DNA of 64,000 bases from an uncultured Gemmatimonadales bacterium (GTDB lineage Bacteria; Gemmatimonadota; Gemmatimonadetes; Longimicrobiales; RSA9), in NCBI GenBank assembly GCA_963798085.1, contig CAWCRS010000005.1, forward strand, positions 736,001-800,000, read 5' to 3'. Shown in pieces: positions 24,113 to 33,078 of the stretch. Each line of letters opens with the position of its first letter. Within the stretch, counting starts at the first letter, position 1. The position numbers and the translations under genes are program-made. Under the pieces are notes generated by a model. The model saw only the letters and a list, made by a program, of their open reading frames with translations. It ran no database searches and was not told the origin of the DNA.

Positions 24113-26802
24113 ACGGAGGATTCAGGCGACGCTTCGGCGCTCGTCGTTCGCCGCGCGGCGGTGGCGCCGGTGCTGGGCCACCGTCGACCCGCGGCCGCGT
24201 GTTCGACCTGCCGCTGTCCGAGGATGTACAGCGCGAGCTGCGCTTCCACATCGACATGAAGGTGCAGGAGCTGACGGCGAAGGGCTGGACGGAAGAGGCG
24301 GCGCGCGCGGAAGCCATGCGCCTGTTCGGCGATGCGCAGGCGGTGGAGGCGGAGTGCCGCACGATAACAGAGCGTCAGCGGCGCGCCTTGCGCCGGGCAT
24401 GGCTTCTGGACGCGCTGCGCCAGGACCTGCGTTTCGGTGCGCGCATGCTGGCACGGCGGCCCGGCTTCGCGCTCGGTGCCATTCTGACACTGGCGTTAGG
24501 AATCGGCGCGAATGCGGCGGTGTTCAGCGTGCTGAACGGGCTGCTGCTGCGGCCTCTTCCCTACGCGCAGGCGGACCGCATCACCACGCTGCGGGAACTG
24601 AACGCCGGCGGCAAACGGATTCCGGTGGCCGAGCCCAACTACTTCGACTGGAAGGAACGCGCACACGCCTTCGAAGCCATGGCAGCGTACCGCGGACCCG
24701 GCTACACGCCGGTGCAGGCCGGTCACGGGCCCGTGCGTCTGCCGTATTCCATCGTGTCCGGCGAATTCTTCCAGGTGATGCGCGCACTGCCGCTGATCGG
24801 AAGGCTGCCCTCGCCCGCGGAGGTGACGGCGGGCGCACCGGATGTCGCGGTCGTGAGTCGCGCGTGCTGGCAGGAAGTGCTGGACGCCGAGCGCGACCTC
24901 GCGCACGTCAGTCTGCACATTGGCGCGCAGCCGGTGCCGGTGGTCGCGGTCCTGCCCGACGAATTCAGCTTCCCGGGCGGAACGCAGATCTGGGTCGTGC
25001 GCTACCCGGATGCCGGCGGCACGCGCACCTCGCACAACTACGAGGCCGTGGCGCGCTTGGGGCCTGGCATTTCGCTGAATGCGGCGAGGCGGGAAATGGC
25101 GGACATTGGCAGCCAGCTCGCTGCCGCGTACGCCGGCCAGATCGATGCGCAGTCGGTGGCGGTGACGCCGCTGGCGGAGGACCTGTACGGCGCGTATCGC
25201 GACCCGCTGCTGCTGCTGCTGGCCGCGGCCGGTGTGGTGCTGCTGGTCGCGTGCACCAATCTGGCCAGTTCGCTGCTGGCGCGCGCCACGGCGAGGGAAC
25301 GCGAAGTGGCGGTGCGCGCATCCCTCGGTGCGTCCCGCCTGCGACTGCTGCGCCAGCTGCTGACCGAGAGTCTGCTGCTCTCCGTACTCGGCGGTGGTGC
25401 CGGTCTCGCGCTGGGCGAGCTGGGACTGCGCGTGCTGCGCGCACTCGCGCCCGCGGCTGCCCTGCAGCTGCGCGAGCTGCACATTGATCTGGCGGTGCTC
25501 GCGTTCACGCTGCTCGCATCCGTGGGCGCAGCACTGCTGTTCGGGCTGCTTCCCGCGCTGCGCGCACGACCCGAGAATGCGGCCTCGCTGCTGCGTGGCG
25601 GCGACCGCGGCGGGACCGGCCGGCGCAGTCGTCTCTGGGATGCGCTGATCGCGGTGGAAGTGGCGCTCGCGCTGGTGCTGCTCGTCGCATTAGGTCTGCT
25701 CGTGCGCAGCTTCCGCAGCATCCTCGCCGTGGACCCCGGCTTCGATGCGCACAACGTGCTGACGGTCGACGTCTATGTACCGACCGCGATGCAGCCAACG
25801 GACACAGCCGTCGGCCTGCTGGAGTCGCAGCTGGTCACGGCATTCCAGCGACTGCCGGGCGTCAGCGCGGCCGGCGTGATCAGCCAGCTGCCCGTGCTGG
25901 GCGGCCTCAACGGCGTTCTCGAAATCGAGGGCCGCAGTGAAGGATACGCCGAGTATCGCGCGGCGAGCGAAGGCTATTTCCAGGCCATGCGCATTCCGCT
26001 CCGCCGGGGCCGCATGTTCGAGGCGGCGGATCGCATGGGTTCTCCCGGGGTGGCACTGGTCGATGAAACGTTTGCGGCGCAGTTCTTTCCCGGCGAGGAT
26101 CCCATTGGACGGCGCATCCGCAATCTCAGCAACGATGCGTTCTACTATCGCGGACAGGACTGGCTCACGATCATCGGCGTGGTGGGCAGCGTGCGCCAGC
26201 GCGGCTTCCTCAGGCCACCGGATGCCAGCGTGTACGTGCTGTCACGGCAGCGGCCGCTGCGCACGCGCGACGGCGTCCTGACGCTGCGTGCCGGGCGCAT
26301 CACGCCCGGACTGGTGCAGGGCGTGCGCGCCACAATGGCGAGCGTGGCGCCCGGTGTACCGTTCGACATCGGCAACGCCGAGGACCGCATTGAAGCGACC
26401 TTCTCGGATCGTCGCTTCGCGCTGCTCGTCATACTCGGCTTCACCGCCATTGCCCTGACACTCGCGGCCGCCGGCATCCACGGCGTCGTCTCCTACTCGG
26501 TGGCCAGACGCACACGCGAGATCGGCATCCGCATCGCGCTGGGCGCCGTGCCCCGCGGTGTGGCGAGGCGCATCATTGGCGAAGCCATGCGCGTCGTCGC
26601 ATTCGGACTGCTGCTGGGGCTGCTCGGTTCGCTGCTGGCCACCCGGCTGATCACCGGCCTGCTGGTCAACGTACGGCCCACCGAGCCGCTCACACTCGGT
26701 ACTGTAACACTACTGTTAGCGGCCGTCGCCAGCCTCGCCAGCGCAGTGCCCGCGCTGCGCGCGACGCGCGTCGACCCCATTCAGGCGCTGCGCAGTGACT
26801 GA
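24109..26802 (+). CDS. ADOP-type duplicated ABC permease with N-terminal prefix domain
   Basis: ATGA-coupled to PadR; ELRFHIDM prefix; QDLRFGARML; RTREIGIRIALGA; ends DPIQALRSD. Confidence 0.92.
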   Translation: MNGGFRRRFGARRSPRGGGAGAGPPSTRGRVFDLPLSEDVQRELRFHIDMKVQELTAKGWTEEAARAEAMRLFGDAQAVEAECRTITERQRRALRRAWLLDALRQDLRFGARMLARRPGFALGAILTLALGIGANAAVFSVLNGLLLRPLPYAQADRITTLRELNAGGKRIPVAEPNYFDWKERAHAFEAMAAYRGPGYTPVQAGHGPVRLPYSIVSGEFFQVMRALPLIGRLPSPAEVTAGAPDVAVVSRACWQEVLDAERDLAHVSLHIGAQPVPVVAVLPDEFSFPGGTQIWVVRYPDAGGTRTSHNYEAVARLGPGISLNAARREMADIGSQLAAAYAGQIDAQSVAVTPLAEDLYGAYRDPLLLLLAAAGVVLLVACTNLASSLLARATAREREVAVRASLGASRLRLLRQLLTESLLLSVLGGGAGLALGELGLRVLRALAPAAALQLRELHIDLAVLAFTLLASVGAALLFGLLPALRARPENAASLLRGGDRGGTGRRSRLWDALIAVEVALALVLLVALGLLVRSFRSILAVDPGFDAHNVLTVDVYVPTAMQPTDTAVGLLESQLVTAFQRLPGVSAAGVISQLPVLGGLNGVLEIEGRSEGYAEYRAASEGYFQAMRIPLRRGRMFEAADRMGSPGVALVDETFAAQFFPGEDPIGRRIRNLSNDAFYYRGQDWLTIIGVVGSVRQRGFLRPPDASVYVLSRQRPLRTRDGVLTLRAGRITPGLVQGVRATMASVAPGVPFDIGNAEDRIEATFSDRRFALLVILGFTAIALTLAAAGIHGVVSYSVARRTREIGIRIALGAVPRGVARRIIGEAMRVVAFGLLLGLLGSLLATRLITGLLVNVRPTEPLTLGTVTLLLAAVASLASAVPALRATRVDPIQALRSD

Positions 26803-26820
26803 GCGCGGCACCCGCGAGCA

Positions 26821-27479
26821 CTGCTGGCGCGCTTTCAGCCCACGAAGATTGCCGTGGAACGGCAGGCCGATCGGCAGTCCTCGCTCGATTCGGCGCATGC
26901 CGCGTTCCGCGAGCGAGGCCGGCCCGCTCGGCGCGCGAAGTCGAGCAGCTGGGCTTCCGCCTCGCCGATCGTCCGGGACACAAACGCGTCTGGGCCATGG
27001 ACGCGCCGGCGCGCTGGTACGACACGGCCATGAACAGGGACACGCTGGCGCACCGGGCCCAACGCTTCGGACAGGCGGCCTTGCTCACGCGCGCCCGGCA
27101 GTGGGACAGCGCGTACACGCAGTACTATGCAGTGGAGGATTCGATCAAGACGACGATGTCGCTGCGTGATTACCTGCTGCGCCTCAACGCGCCGGCTTCG
27201 CTGCGCGCGCTGCTGGGTGCCTGCCTCTCCGGCTCCATCGACGTGGGTGGCGGCGGCGACTACACCGGCGCCGACATGCGCGCCGCCTGGTACGACCGCA
27301 ACCTGCGCATCTTCAGCAACATCCTCCGCCTGCGGGCCGACCCCGGCGAGCGCATCCTCGTCACCATTGGCGCCGGCCACGCGCCTCTGCCGGGCCACTT
27401 CATCAGCAATGCTCCGGAACTGCGGCTCGTGGACGCGGGGGAGCTGCTGGGTGGCGGAGGGACGGGAGGGCGGCGTTGA
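26821..27479 (+). pseudogene. 5'-truncated, frameshifted DUF5694-like (TraB/GumN-fold) gene remnant
   Basis: LARFQPTKIAVE (26824-), a frameshift near 26910-26935, then EVEQLGFRLA...WYDRNLRIFSNI...RILVTIGAGH. No start codon or signal peptide; begins ~20 nt after the ADOP stop. Confidence 0.7.
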
Positions 27480-27713
27480 GAGCCGCTGGTTGAGGCGGGC
27501 GAACGAATAACAGATTGTTTCACACAGGGGCCACAGTGGGACGGAGGGGCGCCTGGATCTGGCGGCGAGGCTGTGTACGGGGGCTGCGATCACGGTCGGT
27601 CAACGTGCAAGGGCGGTCAGGTCAGGCCGCTGCCGGACCCAGCCAGCTGGCGCGAGCACACTTCGTTGCGCTCGCCGGCAGACCCGCGCGCGGACGAGTC
27701 CCGGCGGGACGGG

Positions 27714-27810
<97 letters not shown>

Positions 27811-28185
27811 AATTTGTAATGCACGGTTAGAGCGCGCCAGAGAATGCCAGTGCAACGGGTTCAGGCCTCCCGCTCCACAGGTCGCTGCGTATTCATTCCC
27901 GGCCTGTTTGCTGTCGCGGCTCCCGGCCCGCCCGCGGAGCGGCCGCGCGACACCCACCGCCGACCACGCATCCGTCCTCTGATGCCCCCGTGGCCACGCC
28001 GCATTCCACTATGTGATACTGAATGCCGTTCCCCCGCGTCCTCTCCGTTGACCTCCCGCGCCACGCTGCGCACCGACACGCGCGCCGGTTGCGGCCCGGC
28101 CGGGAAACGCCGGAAGAGTGGCGCGCGCTCCGCGTGGTGCCTCCGGTTGGCCGGGAAACGCGGCGTCACGTTCCGGTGGAGCGGT

Positions 28186-28500
28186 TCAGCGGCTCCGGCG
28201 CGAGCGGGCCGTCTTCTTCGCGCGGGCTGGCTTGCGCGCGGCGCCCCGGGCGGGGCTGCGGCGTGCCGCGCCGTCCGCGTCGCGGGCCAGCTGGTCGACG
28301 AGCTTCGACAGCTCGGTGGCTCGACGGCGCGCCAGCTTGAGTACGGCGCCTTCCCAGCCCGACGGCGGATTACGGTAGCCCGGGTTGTCGGGATCGAGGC
28401 GGGAAAGGCGCAGAAACCCGTGCGTCACGCCGGTCTCGCGGGCCAGGTCCTTCAGTGTCACACCCGAGATCAGGCGGGTCGTGGCTTGGCCGAATTCCAT
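28186..28500 (-). CDS. Small HTH-like DNA-binding protein with basic Arg/Lys/Ala tail
   Basis: GGAGG RBS; VTLKDLARETGVT helix-turn-helix-like segment; tail ARRSPARGAARKPARAKKTARSRRSR. Confidence 0.65.
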   Translation of the reverse strand: MEFGQATTRLISGVTLKDLARETGVTHGFLRLSRLDPDNPGYRNPPSGWEGAVLKLARRRATELSKLVDQLARDADGAARRSPARGAARKPARAKKTARSRRSR

Positions 28501-28558
28501 TTGGGCAGCACCTCCGAGAGGGTGGATGCGTACTCTTCAAACACTCCGTTACGCCGAC

Positions 28559-29722
28559 TCAGCGCGAGCACACGCCCGGCTGTGGCTGTTCATCACGCTG
28601 ACAGGGCCGCATACCCGTCTTCCATTCCGGTCGCGCCCCGTTGGCGAGCAGCCGCACGGCGCGTGCCGCGGCATTGATCACCGCTGCCATGTGCGCCGCG
28701 TCGGTCTTCGACACCTCGTCGCCGGGGCGATGGTAGTCCGCGTGCAGGTTGAAGGTGGACAGCGTGTGTGCGGGAATGCCCATCTGCGCAAACGCGATGT
28801 TATCGCTGCGCCGGAAGAAGTTCTGCTGCGGCCGCGGGTCGGGCACGATGGGGATCCCGTTCGCCGCGAGCATTTCGCCCATGGTGCTGCGTTCGTAGCC
28901 GGTGAGCCAGGCGCGGCCGGGGCCGCCCGCGAGGGAGTCGGGCCGGCCGATCATCTCGATCTCCAGGTTGGCGGCCATCTGATCGAGCGGAATCGCCGGG
29001 TGCTGGATGAACCAGTGCGTACCCAGCAGGCCCACTTCCTCGCCTGTGGTCGCCGCGAACACCACGGTTCGCGCCGGGCGGGGCCCGCGCGCCAGTGCGT
29101 GCGCGATCTCCAGCACCGCCACGACGCCCGAGGCGTCGTCGTCCGCACCATTGTAGATGGAATCCCCGTTCACCGGCCGGCCGATGCCCAGGTGGTCGTA
29201 GTGCGCGTCCACCAGCACGTACTGCTCGCGCAGGTGCGGATTGCTGCCGCGCAGAATGCCGACCACATTGACGGAGCGCTTGCGCCGTTCCGGCGGGATG
29301 GTGTCCAGCGCGTGGAAGTCGGGCATCAGCACGAGCCGCTCGCTCTGCACCTGCTGGCCATTGCGATTGCTGGTCACCATGAGCAGGGCGACGGGTACGC
29401 GCTGGAACCAGCCGCTGTCGCCGGCCGCCTCGAGGCCGCTCTCCTGCATACGGCGCGCGATGATGGTCGCGGCGCGCAACGCACCGGGCTCACCGGTCCT
29501 GCGTCCTTCCAGCGAATCGTCCGCGATCTGCGATAACAGCGTGTGCACGCGTTCCGGTGTGGTGGCGGCTGTCCCCGCATCCGCGGCGGCCGCACCCGCC
29601 GGTGCGGGCGAGGTTACGGCCACAGCGCGGTGACTCGCGCACGCAGTCATGCCGGCCAGGCCCAGGCCCAGCAGCAGCGACGGGAGGCGAGGCTGCATCG
29701 TCGCCTGCGATCCGTGCATCAT
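28559..29722 (-). CDS. M28 family metallopeptidase, lipoprotein
   Basis: Lipobox MTAC; AHYDHLG, NGADDDASG, GEEVGLLG, EMIG, RSDN, DYH; start 29722 or 29698. Confidence 0.92.
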   Translation of the reverse strand: MMHGSQATMQPRLPSLLLGLGLAGMTACASHRAVAVTSPAPAGAAAADAGTAATTPERVHTLLSQIADDSLEGRRTGEPGALRAATIIARRMQESGLEAAGDSGWFQRVPVALLMVTSNRNGQQVQSERLVLMPDFHALDTIPPERRKRSVNVVGILRGSNPHLREQYVLVDAHYDHLGIGRPVNGDSIYNGADDDASGVVAVLEIAHALARGPRPARTVVFAATTGEEVGLLGTHWFIQHPAIPLDQMAANLEIEMIGRPDSLAGGPGRAWLTGYERSTMGEMLAANGIPIVPDPRPQQNFFRRSDNIAFAQMGIPAHTLSTFNLHADYHRPGDEVSKTDAAHMAAVINAAARAVRLLANGARPEWKTGMRPCQRDEQPQPGVCSR

Positions 29723-32613
29723 CGGTTCGGCACGCTGGTCTTTACGGTGGCGGCATTACTCACGCGCTCACGCTCCCGTTCAATGTAGGGTACGCCCTCG
29801 CTCATCCAGCGCGGCTCCGGCGTGCCCTTGAGATAGTGATCGAAGAACTGCTTCATGCGAATCTGGAAGTCGATCTGGTTTTCCTTCTTCGCCAGGTGAT
29901 GCCCCTCGCCGTTGTAGGAGAGGAAGATCACCTTCTTGCCCAGTCTGCGTGCTGCATTATAGAACTCGAGGCCCTGGTCCCAGTCGACCGCGCCATCATC
30001 CGTGCCCTGCAGGATGAGGAACGGCGACTTGATGTTCTCCGCCTGGTGCACGGGCGACTGGCTCTCGTACAGCTCGCGGCTGGTCCAGGGCGTCACGTCC
30101 TCACCCATGCGCACCTGCCCGACTTCCGTTATGCCCTGCTGCACCGTGCCGGTACTCTTGTACAACTCATCGTAGAAGCTGACAAGGTCTGTGGGCGGCG
30201 CGCCGGTCACGACGGCCGCAAACATGTCTGTTTGCGTGACAATGTAGGAGGATTGATAACCACCCCAGCTGTGGCCCTGCAAGCCAATGTGCGCCGGGTC
30301 GGCGTAGCCCAGCTCGATCACCTTCTTGACGGCGCTGGTCACGTCATCCACAGCGGAGGAGCCGGGCTTGCCAATGGTGTAGACGACGTCGGGCTCGAGC
30401 ACGAGGTAGCCGTCACTGGCATACGCGGACATGTGCGGCCGGTCGTCGTACACAGGCATCGAGAATCAATGGTGGTCCTGTGACAGCTTCTCGTAGAAAT
30501 AGACGAGCATGGGGTAGCGTCTGCCCGCCTGGTAGCTGGCGGGCAGCGCCAGCGTCGCCTGCAGCCTGTTGCCGCGCTGGTCCGTGTAATCCACGAGAAT
30601 GCGCCGGCCCCATGCATAGTCGGCCAGCTGCGGGTTCGCGTCCGTGATCTTCTTCGGTGCGGCAAACGACGTGTTGCTGAGCCAGTAGTCCGGGAACTCG
30701 GCAAAGGTCTGCTCGGTGAAGATCACGCGGTCGGTGCTGTCCGCCTTGCTCAGCTGACCGATCTGCCTGTCCTCGAAGATCAGTGGGCGGGGCTTGCTGC
30801 CGGCCTTCACTTCGTAGTAGCCGGATTTCTTGGTCCATTCGCCGTACGCGGAGAGCAGGACCGGCTTCGTGATGTCAATGCCGCGGTCCTCGAGGTCGGC
30901 ATTGCCGAAGCCGGCGCCGCCGCCGCGTCCACCGAAGCCACCGCCGCCGTTCAGGTTCTGCACGCGGAACTGGATCTGCTCGGCGTCACCCATGCCGGCG
31001 GTGAGGTTCACGGCCTTGCCGCCCTCCAGCGGCAGCAGCCACAGATCGAAGCGATGGTTCACGATCACGGACTTGCCATCTTTGGTCCAGCCGCCAATGC
31101 CGTACGCGGGCAGCTCGTAGTCGTGATCGTCCGTGGTGTCGACGAAGGAAACGCCGGCGAGCGCGCTCAGATCGACCGTGCGACCGCTGGCGACATCCCG
31201 CGCCTGCAGCTTCCGGTCCTTGAGATAAACGAACCATTTGCCATCGGGCGAACTGCCCATGGCGCGCATGAGGCCGGACACCATGAGCTGGCGGTCGCCG
31301 GTCGCCGGATCAATGCGATAGTAGTCGGCGCGCGAGCCGCCCCAGCTGATCTGGTCGCGATACGGCTTGTCCAGCCGGCCAACACCCCAGCGACCATCAC
31401 CGCTGAGCGTGACTGTGCGCATGTCGTCATCGGCGAGACGCACGAACCTGCGCGAACCGAGATCGAACACGCTCGTGTAGGTGAAGCGTCGGGCCTGATC
31501 GGCGCGCACCTTCTGTACCGACTGTATGTCCGCGTCCTTCCAGTGCCAGACCTCGAGGTCGGCCTGTGGCTCATCGGTCTTCGGCAGCTCTGATTCCTGC
31601 TGCTTGATGCCCAGCTGAATGCGCGCGTTGTCGCGGGTCCAGCGCACGCCACCCAGCTCACTGAGGACGAACCCGCCCGGGAACGCGGCGTCCTTCGTCG
31701 GATCGTACTCGACCGTGGCGACCTTCGCGCCCAGCCCGGTAAACGCGAGCAGCGTGTTCTGGCGGTACATCTGGCCGGCGGGCTTCGTGCCACGCAGCAC
31801 GGCCAGCGCATTGCCGTCGCGGTTCCAGCTGAGCTGCGTGTACTCGCTGGCACCGGTGCTCAGCGGATTGAGCACGCCGCTGCGCAGATCGAGCACAAAC
31901 GCGCCGTTACCCGCGTCATCGGCCGCATCGACGGTCCACGCGAGTATGCTGCCCGCGCGGTTGAACGCGTATTCGCTGACGTTGCCAATGTTCTGCGCGG
32001 TGCCGTCCGTGAGGTTGCGCAGCACGAGGTCGGTGCCATCGTGCGTGCTGTCGCGCGCAGCCTTGTTGCGGCGCGCGGCGAGGTAATGCGCATCGGCGGA
32101 GAATGCGGAGGACTGGACATCGGGCACATCGAACTTCGTGCCGGTAGCCAGCTCCAGCAGCTCGAGCCGGCGCTGCGCTCCGCCCTGCGGCGCCGCACCC
32201 TGGCCGCGTCCCGGCGGTGTGCCGCCCCGGCCACCACCTCGCCCGCCGCGACCGCCGCGGCCGGGCGGCGAAATCGTGTAGGTGACCCAGCGCCCATCGC
32301 TCGAGAACACCGGTGTGGTGGCGTTGGGAATCGTGTACAGCTTCGTGCCGTCCAGCTGGCGGAGGAACAGCGTGTCATCACCCTCGTTGGGCAGGTAGGC
32401 GTAGCTCATCCACTTGCCATCGGGCGAGAGATCGGCGGACTGGATGCGTTTCCAGCCGGGATAGTCGGCGAGCGTGAGGACCTTGCCGGCGCGGGTCGCC
32501 GCGGCAGCGCCTGTGGGCTGCGGCGTCTGGCGCGCCCGCAGCGCGGGGGGAAAGGCCAGTGTGAGGGCGATGAAGATGACGGCCGCGGCTCGGGCACTGC
32601 CGTGCTGGCTCAT
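29719..32613 (-). pseudogene. S9 family (dipeptidyl/acylaminoacyl) peptidase interrupted by an in-frame TGA at 30466-30468; probably an intact CDS with a sequence error
   Basis: GGAG RBS, signal peptide and propeller domain. The frame is continuous across the stop (LSQDHH*FSMPVYDDRPH). Catalytic GHSWGG, DGAV and EGH all lie downstream of the stop. Confidence 0.85.
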
Positions 32614-33000
32614 GAGAACGCTCCGGCGGAATGACGGGGATCGGACGGCAGGCAAGATGGGATGGGCGGTGGGCGAGGGCCAGACGCCCGGACCGTCTTG
32701 GCGTTCTTTCCTTATGCTCCATTCTCTCATGGCGGCCCAGCCTGCACGCTCATGCAATACCCTCGCGTGCAAGCCGCGCGAGGCCAATAGGTCACCGCGC
32801 CAAGTGGAAGACGCCGCAGGCCAGGTGCGGCGTCGCCAACCTTCCCGTTCGCTGCCACAACCCCGCGCAACGCCAGCTCCGGGACGCGCGCGCAGCCTCG
32901 ATCGTCGGGCGGCGCCTGCCTGCATTGCGCGGCGCGTCCGCAGTGCCATGGGGACCGGGGCCAAAGCCAAGAACGCCAAGACGGTCCGGAGCCGCATACC

Positions 33001-33050
33001 TTGACGTCCTACAACAACCCGCACACCTTGTTGTAGAACATCTAGGCAAC
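33001..33050 (+). promoter_or_regulatory. Promoter/operator region with inverted repeats upstream of an ADOP permease
   Basis: TTGACG at 33001; perfect inverted repeat CTACAACAA (33009-17)-N10-TTGTTGTAG (33028-36); overlapping palindrome TAGA-ACA-TCTA; AT-rich relative to flanks. Confidence 0.55.
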
Positions 33051-33078
33051 GCCACCCGCATCGCGCAGGAGCACGCCC

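Noticed and set aside
27861..28169. 102-aa minus-strand ORF with two RFPA repeats (direct repeat GGCCGGGAAACGC)
   Set aside because: No RBS or domain evidence, and composition typical of spurious GC-rich ORFs
30466..30468. Selenocysteine or programmed readthrough at the in-frame TGA
   Set aside because: Not a catalytic or Cys-type position, no evident SECIS hairpin, and it fits the CGATG->CAATG pattern
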